A DNA stretch of 58,332 nt from contig JABANN010000168.1 of NCBI GenBank assembly GCA_013115125.1, positions 1-58,332 on the forward strand, written 5' to 3'. The translations under genes were made by a program, and so were the position numbers. Under the pieces are notes generated by a model, which worked only from the letters and a program-made list of their open reading frames with translations, had not been told where the DNA came from and did no database searches. Source of the DNA: Perkinsus olseni (lineage: Eukaryota). The number at the start of each line of letters is the position of its first letter. Position 1 is the stretch's first letter. This document shows positions 1 through 12,400 of the stretch, in pieces.

Positions 1-542
1 AAGCAGTTGTCGTTGGACTGGGTGGAGAGAATCGCCATAGAACGGTGCGGTTGTCGCCGAACATCAGCATCGAGGGAGTGATGCCGGAGCCTAGGTCCCT
101 GTTGTTGCACCTGGAAACAGCTTTGCTCACATGGGCAGGCCAGCGATGCTCGACGGAGTCGATCAGAACCTTGATGCTAGCCTTCAGAGATTTGTGCTGT
201 CTCTCGAGAAGGGCATTCCGCCACGGTGCCAATACTGGTATATGCCAACAGCGGATGTTGTGTGACGCACACCAAGTAGAGAAGGTGGAGGAGCGAAACT
301 GGGATCCATTGTCTGCAGCAACTTCCTTCACCCGACCGAATATATCGATGACGTTCCGCTCCAAGGCGTTAACCACGGCCTCCGATGTAGCATAAGGCAG
401 CGGAATAGCTCCAAGGAAGTGGCTGGTGGCGTCCATCCACGTTAGCATGTACCGGAATCTTGAGGCTCCGAGGTGGCCAACTGGTAGAGGTCCAACTATA
501 TCGACATATATCAACTCCATCACTTCAAAGAGTTGTGGATGA
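1..542 (-). mobile_element. Ty3/Gypsy-type LTR retrotransposon integrase (rve) remnant, running off the window edge
   Basis: Manual minus-strand translation (not in the ORF track): ...MELIYVDIVGPLP...RYMLTWMDATSHF...KEVAADNGSQFRSSTFSTWC...PWRNALLERQHKSLK...GITPSMLMFG. This shows the D-D-E core with typical GPLP, DNGxQF and TPxxLxFG motifs. No RT/RNase H was recognised upstream. Confidence 0.85.
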
Positions 543-1369
543 ATGACAATTATCGCATATCCTGAATCGCTTCGCTCCGCTCTCAAGAGCGCAGTTTCAT
601 AGTCGTTTTACTTCTCAAAGATACTCCTCTCCATTGTATCTATTGCCCAACTCAGTAGTGCCGTATGATGCCGTATCAGTCTACTCACTCAGACTGGTTT
701 GAATTATTATTTGCCATCATTATGTAAAAGTATATAGTTAATTAGTCAGTCTTTCATGCCGAGTATCTTGTGGCAGTTTCAACTGTGGCAGTTTCAACAA
801 AGATACACTGAATTGGCGCTTGCCTTTGTGCAACAACACAAACAGGACCGAATTCAGCCGCTCAACACGCAGCGAGTCAGACTCCGAGAGCTCGGGGTGC
901 TCCAGCTCTTGCTTTGTACGAATGCGCCACATTAAGCCAGTTGGAATGCTCCATATCAAGATATTGAGAGGCGTCCTTCATACTCTTTCCTATTCACCGA
1001 GTATCAAGTGATGAGCCTCAATCGTACAGGTTCTCGGCGTGCAGATGGATGATAGCTTCATAATAATCAAGTATTGTGTCGTTTCAATGTATGGCGTCAC
1101 CTCCACTACTGTGTCTCCACGTTGTGTCGCAGCGCGTATCTTAGCCTAGCGTCGATGGAGTTCATCACTGATGATATTGATAAGTTAAGTCTCTCTATAA
1201 GTCCTTTAATGCAGCGTTCCCTCAATGAGAGATAAGGAAGGGATGACGACCCTCAACAGCGTCGCTGAGTCAGCGATACAGGCTGTACCATACAGGTATC
1301 TGTACACCATTTCCAGACCTACTCAGTAAAACCCCAGAGCAATTTGATGAAGCGGCTTCATTAAATTTT

Positions 1370-1800
1370 GATGATAGACAGGGTGGTAGGAGAGAGAACC
1401 CACGTTCGCACGAGTTCTTCTAAAGATATCATATCATGCCCTCGCCCCCTGTTTGGAGGACACTTGGACCATCTTCTTGTGGAGCCGATCGAGGTCTGGG
1501 ATTGTCTTGAGGTGGCGTCGGAGTAGGGTACCACAATGCAGTAGGTACGCGACTGCCAGTCGCAGCAACCGAGAAACGGGACTCACCATATCATACCGCT
1601 TGCAGATCTCTTTAACGTCCACCAGAGGGCTCCTCGCCCACCACACGATTTTGCGCTGCCCCCTCCTCTTTGCTTCTGATGGAGGCACCTGTATTAACGA
1701 AGAACACCTCTCCGAGACGTTCCTATTCTTGAAACGGGCATTCTACCAACCTAGTAGGCCAAGAGGAGACTTTCTAGACTGCTGTCAGAACGACTGGAGT
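1370..1800 (-). pseudogene. MSH2: Decayed partial duplicate of MSH2 (lever-region exons plus introns)
   Basis: Colinear with 9220-9700 (e.g. [14 protein letters not shown][12 protein letters not shown]). It retains intron sequence, has a +4 frameshift near 1660 and has deletions around a splice acceptor. Confidence 0.85.
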
Positions 1801-3110
1801 TGAGTAGTGACTGCTCAGCAGTGTGCTGAGCACAATACCGAAACACGAAACACACAATACCGCACGATCAGATTGTGGCAATCTGTCTCCATCCACACAA
1901 CAGCCGTCCTGAAGGTTCATGAGGCGATAATGGGCCGGAGTCGGTATCACTATGGCTTTTATCATCATTCATCATGTTATGATTACCAGCAGTCCTCTTG
2001 TGATCCTAGTAAGTGATAATCGTATCGCATTGTGGTCCCTTTCTTTCTGATATGCATCATTATCGGGGCATCGGACACCCACACTACGAGCAATGCACTC
2101 AAGGGCAGCGACAAGTGGCAGTAACATCCCACAATCCCCAAAAGAGACAGCGCGAGAGAAAAAATGATCAAAAGTGTAATAAGTTCGGAACAATCATGTG
2201 AATAGAAACCGTGGAACGACCAAACAACTACGGGAGCTGACTCACTCACTCACATCTCCGAGAACCAGGGCGGCCGATGTGACACTGAGCATGAGCGAAA
2301 TCTATTAGTCGTCGTAACGACTACTCGAGAGAACTTTAGACGGGAAGGGAGGAAAAAGAGAGGGGGGTAGAAGTGAATAATCTAGAATAATATGAATAAT
2401 CTTTAGTGAATAATAACAAGAGGGAGGAAAGGGAAAGAGGAAGTATCCGCCGCCACTCAGGCACCACCCGCCGGGTGATTGTCGAGCGCGGCAAGACTTG
2501 CCCGGCAAGTTTGGTTCAGCTTTGCGTTACGTCTTAACGGTTCAGACTCCCACGCCACGATGAGGCACTAAAGCAACGGGAGATCATTATAACGGAACGA
2601 TGGGTTCTACGGTGTGATGTTCCAGGAGGACAGCGCACAGCACTGCCGCGCGCACACCAGGTTGCCTAATAGACATTGTCTACTCGACAAAGCTCGTCCC
2701 AGCGAACACGTATGTCGTGCTGTTGAACATACGTTCACCCTAAATCCGCAACGAGGTCAGCTTTCTCCGAGCTCCTCTCGAGTCCGGTTTACCTTTCTTT
2801 GAGCCCCGCCTGAAATAGTCCCCCTGTACTGAGTTATAGTGCAGATGGGCTCTGGACTGCAAACTTTGCAGTGGAAAGCCTGGCAATAAGATTCTATTTG
2901 AGTGGAGCGTAGCCTGACAGCTGAGTAGTACTGAACCGGGTGACGGCTGTTACATAGCGTATAGTCGTCACAACGGCGTCATGAATTGCAGGCGAATGCC
3001 TCTAGGGCTCACCTAAAATCATCAGAAGTTCCCGACTTGAGTTCTAGAGGTCCAAGGGACCCGTCTACAATAGAATTTTGTAGTTTTTGATAAGTCATTT
3101 TTGTATTACC

Positions 3111-4814
3111 ATGAGGTTCGCTGTCGGAGTCATCTGTCTCTTTATCATGGCTCAGGGTGTTGTCGTGGAATCGAAAACGACGAGCCAGACTTACCGCCCT
3201 GGAGAGATCGAGCAGGCCTTCCAGGAGTTCATCAACAAGTGAGACGGGACGGTCAGCTTCAAGCCTAGCTTCAGCTGCACACCCCGGTTCCGTAGGTACG
3301 GGAAGAGGTATAGCACGACTGAAGAATATCGCGTGGCGAAGGATGCTTTCGCGGAAAACCTGAGGACGATAGCATCCTTAAGGGCTTCTGGTGAGCGGTG
3401 CTGACCGCGGCCTTGGTATTATCGCTGTGCCATCTAGGTGATTTAACACATGAGGTTGGCCTCAATGAATATGCCGATGTACCACGTGAACTCCTCCATG
3501 AATCGAGGAAGTGCGTGCCCGACCCGAAACTCCGACGTCTCGCTAATTCAACATGTAAGGCCAGTTCACTGATTTACCAGCCGATTATGGTGTGTCTCGT
3601 AGTTACGAGACGTGTCACAGCAACTCCTCCTTCGTCGATAGACTGGGAGGCTGCCGGGGCTTTGGCGCCGATAAGGGACCAGAAAACCCTTCTCAATTCT
3701 TGTGGCTGCTGCTATGCGATTTCAACCACTGGTAAACCTCCGAGGGCCTATAGCCTTTCACAGATGCAGTCAGCTTGCAACTTGTGCGTCCGCTGGTGCT
3801 AGTCATTATCGAACAAGCTGTTCTCTGTCAGTTGTCATGGAGAGTCGTTTCAAGCTTGCAACCGGTATCAGTAAAGTGGTCCCATTCTCGGTGCAACAGA
3901 TAGTTGACTGCAGTCAACCATACGGCAATGAGTAAGCCAGTAGTCTACAATGTAGACTCTACATGAGTCGCCGACTCAGAGTCGGTGACCTTCTGGATGT
4001 TATGGTTCACACAGAATCTCATCTCTCTCTTGCAGGGGCTGCGACGGAGGTTCCATCGATAGCTCCATGCACTATCTGGACGTAGAAGGAATAGTTAAGT
4101 CCTCAAGTTACCCTTTCAAAGCCAAGCTGGGCACATGCAAGACATCCGTCACCAGTAACCCTGCAAAGCAATGCGTCAAAGTAAGTTGAATTTACCAAGT
4201 TCCTTTGCAAACGAGTCGAATGGATGAATTCGCGGTCGAACCTCGACCCAGAAATCACTCATCTGGTGTTGGACGTTTCAGCCTACCCAGTTTATTTATG
4301 CATACGTTCCCCCCGAAGACGAGGATGCTATGATGCGAGATGTGGCTACGGGGCCCATAGCGGTCTCGATATATGCTTCCGCTCCATCATTCGAATTCTA
4401 TAAGAGCGGAATCATCACAGGTAAACCTGAGTGCGCTGCATCTGTCGGACGACCTTTATTTGTGCGCCTTTACAGCCAAGACATGCGGCGTGTCGACCCC
4501 GGATCATTTCGTTACGATCGTTGGCTACGGCACATCATCAACTGGCATACCGTGAGTGCAATATAGCAGTGGTAGTTCCGATCGTGGTTTGATTTGTTAG
4601 CTATTGGAAGATTATGAACTCCTGGGGGAAGTCTTGGGGATTAAAAGGTTTCGCATATATCGAAAGAACTGGGAACCAGCCTGGTAGCCTACCTCTACTT
4701 TCATTCTGTGTTACGAAATAATATCTAGGTCCTTGTAATATTCTCTCGGAGTCCACGGAGGTCGTAACCTACCTTCCTTCCATAAAAAGTTCTGTCTGCG
4801 CTGGGGGACGTTGA
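3111..4814 (+). CDS. Papain-family (C1A, cathepsin L-like) cysteine protease precursor, multi-exon
   Basis: Signal peptide MRFAVGVICLFIMAQG; I29-like prodomain (FQEFINKYGKRY...GLNEYAD); mature domain with SIDW, DQ...SCGCCYA (catalytic Cys), SVQQIVDC, GCDGG, DHFVTIVGYG (His) and YWKIMNSWG (Asn); GT-AG introns. Confidence 0.93.
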
Positions 4815-4943
4815 CCGTACCTCTCGTGCGATGAATCATCGCCGATGATGAGCTATTACACCATCATAATCATCTTTCTTTTATTGTATCGCCCCCACGC
4901 AGCATACTGAATGTCAGTTCGTGATAGCCAGTATGCCGTTCTG

Positions 4944-5202
4944 TCATCTTCTTGTTCTGTCACCATGTGTCATCGTCCGCTCATCTTCTTGTTCTGTCAC
5001 CATGTGTCATCGCCCCCTCATTTTCTTGTTCTGTCACCATGTGTCATCGCCCCCTCATTTTCTTGTTCTGTCACCATGTGTCATCGTTCCCTCATCTTCT
5101 TGTTCTGACATCATGTGTCATCGTTCCCTCATCTTCTTGATCTGTCATCATGTGTTATCGTTCCCTCATCTTCTTGATCTGTCATCATATGTTATCGTCT
5201 TT
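4944..5202. repeat. 37-bp minisatellite, ~7 copies
   Basis: Unit TCATCTTCTTGTTCTGTCACCATGTGTCATCGYYCCC starts at 4944, 4981, 5018, 5055, 5092, 5129 and 5166, with no spacers. Confidence 0.95.
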
Positions 5203-6407
5203 TCCACTCCGAGTGGCCTACTGGAGTAGAGAACTTTAGCAGCATGCCTTCAGTAGTCCGCCTATCGAGAACGCTACTCTAGTTTGCGTTTGAAATGAAT
5301 CATCCATGGTGGATGTTGCAGTAGTAACATCATGTTACTTACAATTACAATGCAGTAATATCAAGGACATCAAGGCTAAATAATCTATCGCTAGAAAGAC
5401 AACATATCTGGCAGTGGAATACCAGACACGATATTGAGAAATCGCAAGACAGCGAGATGATATTTCTATAATCGCGTACTTCTTACAGATGCGTCTGCGA
5501 GTGAATGTTACTCAAGGCAGACGCCGCTTAATGTCGACTCTTTGAAATCCTTACTCTCCTCAAGATGGGCCGCTCACCTCCACACTGAGCTAACGCACAT
5601 CATGCCATGTGGGGTCCATGCTCCATCGATGCGGGACCATCATCAACTTCAACTTCGGGACCAACTTCGACCGATACCCACATACCGATTACCTGTCGAA
5701 AGAGTAGAGTAACGTTGGGGGAGGAGTCACAGGAGGCCCACGGAGGGTGGTACCTGCCAGACGATAATATCACCAGTGACCGGCCTTGAGCTGCTATTTC
5801 TCTGACATTTTCGATGTCATCCAGCGGGACGACTGCGTCTGCAGGAGTGTCTCCGACTCGGAGACTCCGAAATCAGTTGCTCGAAAATTCCCGAACAGGT
5901 ATTCCCACATAGTCAGGAGTTCTGCCGACCTTTCGAACCCGACGAGGGTAAACCGAATAGAGCGGCCTTCGTCTCTCCACAGTTCAGCAATGCGGCTGAA
6001 TATGATGAGTGCGCCCGGTAACTGCTTAGTGATCATACTGGTTGATAGCAGCCCATGAGCACCAAGAAGAACTCTTGTTTCCTGAGCAAGGCCACTAAAA
6101 CTAAGACCAAGAGTCAGAATGCAGGTCCCCATACCGTCGAAGATGGCATGGTATTATCATAATACTATTATGGCAGGATGAGACGCGTCTTGCAGCTCTC
6201 GCAATAGAGCTAAGAGGGCCTGTTAGACCCTGCTAGTACCGCGCGCGTGTTTCCTTCGCGATTATCGCGATGCGAGTTGTGCTGAGTTGTCTTCATCACT
6301 GATGAATCATCAGGAATAGCTTCTTTTGCTCTCTAACGGAACTGTCCCAAGCCGGGGCACCCGTACGAACACAAGACGTCGGGAGCCTTGCATGCCCAAC
6401 TTCTTTC

Positions 6408-9400
6408 TCAGACTCGAAGAAGATGCGCCTTCTCGATAAATTCATCACGAGACTCTGATACTTCGGCCAGATGTCTTAACAACAGCTGCTTGATGACCTT
6501 GTCGGTAACCGCCGATAGTCCTGAGGCACGAGCCTCCGCCGACGCCACGACTTCCTCCGGGAATCCTGATAGGGAGTGCAGTAACACAGGCAGGTAGAGT
6601 TTTCACTCACCGGCCAGCCTCGCCACGTTCATGCCGTAGCTCTGCGTCGTAGGGCCTGGTCGGATAGAGTAGAGAAAAGTTATCTTCCCAGTCTGTTCAT
6701 CTACCGCTGCAGCTACATGAGCATTGGATACAACACCGTTCGGAAAGGTCGACTGAAAAATGTCCATCTGATGGACCAAGTGCCGTGCTTACCGCGAGCG
6801 TGGCCAACTCATGGAAATGCGTAGCAAAGAGCACAAAGGATCTCGACTCAGCCGCGATGTACCTGACGGAACTCTGTGCTGGGCAGAACACTGCCGCATC
6901 GACCGACTTAGTGATATGCCACGCCAGGCCGAAGCCGTCCTCGGTACTCGTGCCTCTGCCAAGCTCATCTATGATAACCAGGCTGTGCTCATCAGCACTC
7001 TGAATCTGAAATGAGATCTACTTGCTCCGCGGGCGCGTGTCTCGAGGATACTATTGATGCAGCATCGAGCATCTCCGCCATGAAAGTCGAAACCCCGCGG
7101 ATCTGGTAGTCCGATGCTCCCACTCGACACATTATCGATCGGAAGATCCCCAGCCGGGCCTGAAGGAAAGCTGTTTACACATAAGGTCTCAGTCGGTAAC
7201 CCAACCTACCCTCTCTGCTGGTACGAAGGACCCGATCTGATTGAGGAACACGCAGAGAGCAGCCGTGCGGATGTAGGTGCTCTTGCCGCCCATATTGGGA
7301 CCGGTGATAACCATCACTCTTCCGTTGCGACCGTCGGGCCTGTCTGTACCTTCCCTTTGCATTTTTACGTCATTCGGTACGAATCTAGCAACGTGATGAG
7401 CAGGCCATCGTAATTGTCAGAAATAAGGCCCTCTCACTCTCCCATGGCTTCGTCCATCCTGATATCGCCGTTAATTCTGGCCTCCTCTACCAGCACATGC
7501 CTCGCGCCATCGACGTCTATGCACGCTGGGGGAGATGATTCGTCGATCTCTGCTCGAACCATACGATGTGTAAGAGCACAGCAAGCAAAGGAGCACTGAT
7601 CGGGTGAAACTCTGAGAGTTCCGAGACCGAGCTCCTCGTTGCTCACTAGAACGTCAAGAGAAGCCAGTATGTCCGCCAGTCGAGCGACCGCCGGGTGGTA
7701 TGTCGCGGCTACCTCGACCGTGCGCTTCTGGATATCACTCGCCGCCTCGTTATACCTGAAAACGAGGGGATCAACAACTCGATCTGTTGCGAGACCATCT
7801 ACACGGTGAGCAGCGAAGTCAACGTCGCACGACGGTTTACAGGTTTTTATCAGAAGCCTCAGTGTATGTAGGCTTGACGTACCGGCTTTGGGCATCCATA
7901 AAGCGACCCACAGCTAGCTCCAGCGGCCCAGATGTGAACAGGAACTCCGCCTTGTTGATCTGGACTTTTTTGTACCTATATCAGAGTACTTAGCTTGACT
8001 CTTCGAGAGCTACCGCACGCTCTCGTCTTCTCCACAGCAGCCTGTTGTTTCTTAGGGACTCTCAGACACCAGTAATGAGGAGCAGCCGCCTGAAAGTATC
8101 CGAGTGAAAATCGAGTGCGACAGAGAAGGTCGATGGCACCTCAGCCAGCTTAGCCTCAGTCTTTATCTTCCGCGAGACTTCCTGTCTGATGGATTCCATT
8201 TCTTCTTTCGCAGCGTCTCTGTGCTGAGAAAGCTCCTCGAGCTGTGGTGTTATCCCACCTAAGACAAACTGCTCCAAGCAACCGGCATGCAAACCAACAG
8301 GGTGGCCGAAAATGGGGGATTATTCCGATAGTTCCCGGGAATATTCCCGGGGAAGGGAAGAAAGGAATCATTTCGGGGAATAATACCTGCCTTTTCGGGA
8401 ATTATACAAATTATGTATGAAATATCGACGAACCTTTATTTCTGAGCGACTCCTGCCTTTGTTGCCAACATGTTCATATAAAACGCCTCCGCAACGATGA
8501 AAACGTGCCTCACCGGTCCGACCGGTTGTGTCGATGATGATAAGAGGCTAGATAGCGGAGTGGCATACTAGGGCCCCCAGTACTTGCGCTCTTCGATGAG
8601 CGCACCCCCAAACGGGTGAATCGTGAAAAATGACAGGGCCCAAGCTGAATACACTAATTTTCTCTGGCCTAGCGGACAAGAGGGCTGCCAGAAGGGTTCC
8701 TCAGCGTTTCCGGGCTGATTTTGGGTTTTCGTGGGCGAAGGGCGATTTTTATGATAGTTCCTCAAATGAGGCCCATTCGTCCCCTTCCACGCCGGCCATT
8801 ACCCCGGGAACTAAAACGGGAATTATTGGGGAAGGGAAGAGTGATTCTTCGGAAGAATTTCTTCCTCAGCTTTCAGCCACCCTGCAAACCAATCGACCCA
8901 ATCGAAACTCCACCATGCGACCTCGAAACGACCGAAATCTTACTGCGGATTCTGAACTCTCTGTCTCTTGCGATGGCTTCAAAGTCGATGCATTTCTCCA
9001 TGAGGTCCATGAAGCGATCACAGCTGTGAACACAACCATTCATGGGCTTCACGAATTGCTGAGGACGAAGGAACCGGGCCTTCGCTTGCAAATGGGTGAT
9101 TCCTCTATTCCTACTTCCTCAACTGCCTGCTGAGCTTCAGGACTGGGCGCGGGAGTATTCTGGATCTCAGCGGCGATGTCCTGAGTACTGGCAAGGCACT
9201 CATACCTAGACAAACGGTGATGATAGATCGGATGGTCGGGGAAAACCCACATTCGAACAAGCTCTTCTAGGGATATCCTATCGTGCCCTCGCCCTTGTTT
9301 GGAGGACACTTGGACCATCTTGATGCGAAGTCGGTCGAGGTCTGGTATCGTTTTGAGGTGGCGACGGAGGAGGGCATTCCTCAAGGCATCACAATGCAGT

Positions 9401-12400
9401 AAATACCCGACCTAGAAGGGACTCATCACCTCAATTGCAGCCGTCGAAGCAACCGAGAAATGGAACTCACAATGTCATGCCGGTTGCGGATCTCCTTAAT
9501 GTCAACCAGGGGGTTTCTCGCCCACTGCGCGATTCTGCGCTGCCCGCCTTTGCTTCTGATAGAGGCACCTGTAGTAACAGACGACACCCTCGCCGCGAAA
9601 GTCATATGCTCGATAGTGGAATTCAACCAACCCAGTAGGCCAACGAGAGACTTTCCAGACTGTCCAACTCCGGTCGTTGTGGTCGGGAGTACATGTAGTG
9701 CTGTTAGGGCTGCCTAAGAAATCCAAGGACCGTTCATGGACTATAACATATACCAGCGAGCTGAGATATCGCTCATCGAAGCCCTTTAGCGGATCGCGGT
9801 TTGGCGAGGTACCTGGTCGAGCCTCAAGAAGGCGTCACACTTGAGCCGACTCAGGGAGCATCTCCTGTAGAAGGAGGACTCGCAGCCCAACTTGAGTGCT
9901 GAAGCCAAGGTCATCATAGCCAGCGAAGCGAGGTCCTGTCTATCAACCTAAAATTAGACCACTGGGCTGTGAAGGAGAGATAAGACCTCGCCATGGTCTC
10001 TCTGTCTGGTTGGAACTGGTTAGGCAGATGCACTACCGGTAGTTTCCGCGCCTCGTCCTCCGAAAGCAAGCTCTCGACCGAGAAATCCTTCACCATCTTC
10101 GTTCCAGAAACCTTCACGTTCGGCACGCAGCGTTCAAGTAGCTCGAGGACCTGAGAAGCAGCCTTCATCAGCGAAAGAACTTCTCTCGTGACAGCCAAGC
10201 TGGAAGTCACGATATGTCAGAGTTCACCTTTTCTGTCACAGTTGCGCTATCATTATCATAGGCACTCACAAACACGCGCTCGTCAGGGCCGGCCTGAAGT
10301 GATCGAGCAATATGATCACTACTTGTAATCGTGTAACCTTGTAATGGTTATGCTCTGAGCGAGCTTGATTCCCACTCTGTGCATTGAAATACGCCTCGCT
10401 TACGCAGTCGAGTGGGCGAAACAATTTCTTCAGCGCCTCGGGCCCAGTTTTCTCAGAAAATTCTGAGACCGGAGATAACGCACTCAGGAATGAACAGCCC
10501 ATAATGAGCCCGGGAGAGCTGTAGTTTTCGAGTCAACGCGTTTGTCGTGTTCCATGCGGGATTTTGTACAGACGTCGTGATGAATGGATACTTTGGACTG
10601 TAAGCACAATTCACCGACGCTTCGGGGCACCAATTTTGGAATGGCAATGGCATGCTTCACAATTGGGAAGTTGGCACTAGAGGTGACTATTCAGAAATGG
10701 GTCCCTGCAGTGCAGGGCCTGCACGCATCTGTGATCCATTCGCGATGATTCGACCCCTCTTTAAAGGCAACTTTCGTCGCAACATTGCTTGGAAAACTGA
10801 TTACTTACAGTTGCAGTTACTGCGACAAATAGTGAACTGGAACTTCCAGTCTGGAAGGCTAGTAGTCTCAGCCTACACGAGGCTAGACTCGTTTCTCGGA
10901 GACCCGAGAAACCCTCGCAGAACTTCAATTTGAGCTATTCCATCATCATCAGTCATGGTTCATCACCGATGTCTGAGGCATCCGAAACATCGGGTAAGGG
11001 TTCTTTTTGGAGGCCAGGGCCAGATGCGGCAAGAACTTCTGGCCGAGGCTCCGCAATCCTGACTGTCTCTAACTGACTCTGCAGACGAACTGCATCCGAC
11101 AACGGGCAATTCTTGGAGAATTGGTTCAAGTTGGACAGTCCAACCAAATGGGTCGAGAGATTCGTGGCCGAAACTCAGCCAGCTCCGCACTAGAATCTCT
11201 CCTCTCCCATGCGATCGTTCTCCAAATGGCCCCGCAGGTTGATAACATTCAAGCAGGTACACATAGCTTCCACGACGGGCTCGCTGAGGATGTTCCAAAC
11301 ACTCTTGCACTTTTCCGAACACGATGTAAAACTCCTTGGTCGAGTGGCAGCCTGCCACTGGCAGGGCTCCGGTGCAGCAAAGAAGGTCCTCATATCGGAG
11401 CAATACCTTTCAGCGCTCCAACAAGCTTGTAATAACTCCGACTTCTCATTGCACATCGTTGGCACCACATTTGCGCAAGCAATGGATGAACGACCGGCGA
11501 AGGCCAAAAAAGGAGGCGTCACATGAGTCATAGCTCTTATTTTATCTCCAATCATTGGAGTCCAATGTGTAGAACGGCCTTACTGAGTGGCTATTAGTGA
11601 TTTGTATTTCATTCTTTCATGAGTGAGTCACTGTGCTCCGTCACTCAGAGTGACGGAGCACAGGGTTATGACTCATGATGGCCAATCATGCAAGGGTGGT
11701 TTCTAGGGATGGGCGAGCTCAGCATGCATGATCACTGACCCGTGATCTTCTCATCAACCTCTAGGTATAGCCAATGGTCGGTAGCCAGGACATCACCCGC
11801 TGCATATGACCACTGGTTGGGTGGATTTCCCTTCCTCATCTGTGCCATGTGCCTCACGCTGCCTGAATAACCTCCCTTCGATTCAGACCACGTCTTCAGA
11901 CTCCTACTTTCCGATCACAGCGCCAGTAGACAGCATGCCCGCTCAGACCCCGACCAAGAACCCATACCTTCACCGATATAGCAGATCCTATCTGACGTGA
12001 GCTATTAGCTCACGCGCGAATGCTTGAGCGTAAGAAATGAATAAATCAGCTCAACCTTGCCGCAGATGGGCTCGGTGTCGCTGAGCCGTGACCCAAGGGG
12101 GAACCCGAAGAGTGAGGAGACGAACCCGATAGACCAACAGGCAGCAGAGGGGGCGATGGGCATCCGGGCTCTGCCCATATTCGCTACTCGAAAGACAACT
12201 GGCAGGCGTCAACTCGACACTGTCGACTATGCGGAACAGTTCCGGGAGTTACTCCCACTAGTCAACTTTTTCGGCCTGACCCTAAGGAGCCAGTGAATCT
12301 AGGATGGCGCTGATTGGCTCTACTACAAGATGCCCAGTGGAACTATAATACCTGGATGACCGCCGCTTCCAGAAGAGCCAAGTTCCTCCCGCCGGCGCTG

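Noticed and set aside
1800-2830. Short hydrophobic ORFs and a purine-rich tract, possibly gene or element debris
   Set aside because: No consistent frame, termini or family motif could be supported.
4944-5202. CRISPR array (37-bp periodicity)
   Set aside because: The units are contiguous with no unique spacers, no cas genes are present, and the context is eukaryotic.
5520-6132. Possible spliced gene fragment on the minus strand
   Set aside because: The frames are interrupted and no family was recognised.
8630-9133. 167-aa plus-strand ORF as a transposase
   Set aside because: It crosses the MITE boundary into antisense MSH2 exon sequence and has no transposase motifs.
10963-11555. Minus-strand ORFs as the missing MSH2 domain I (EFYIVFG resembles DFYTAHG)
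   Set aside because: They lie inside intron 2, downstream of connector-domain exons, so the order is wrong and the resemblance is weak.
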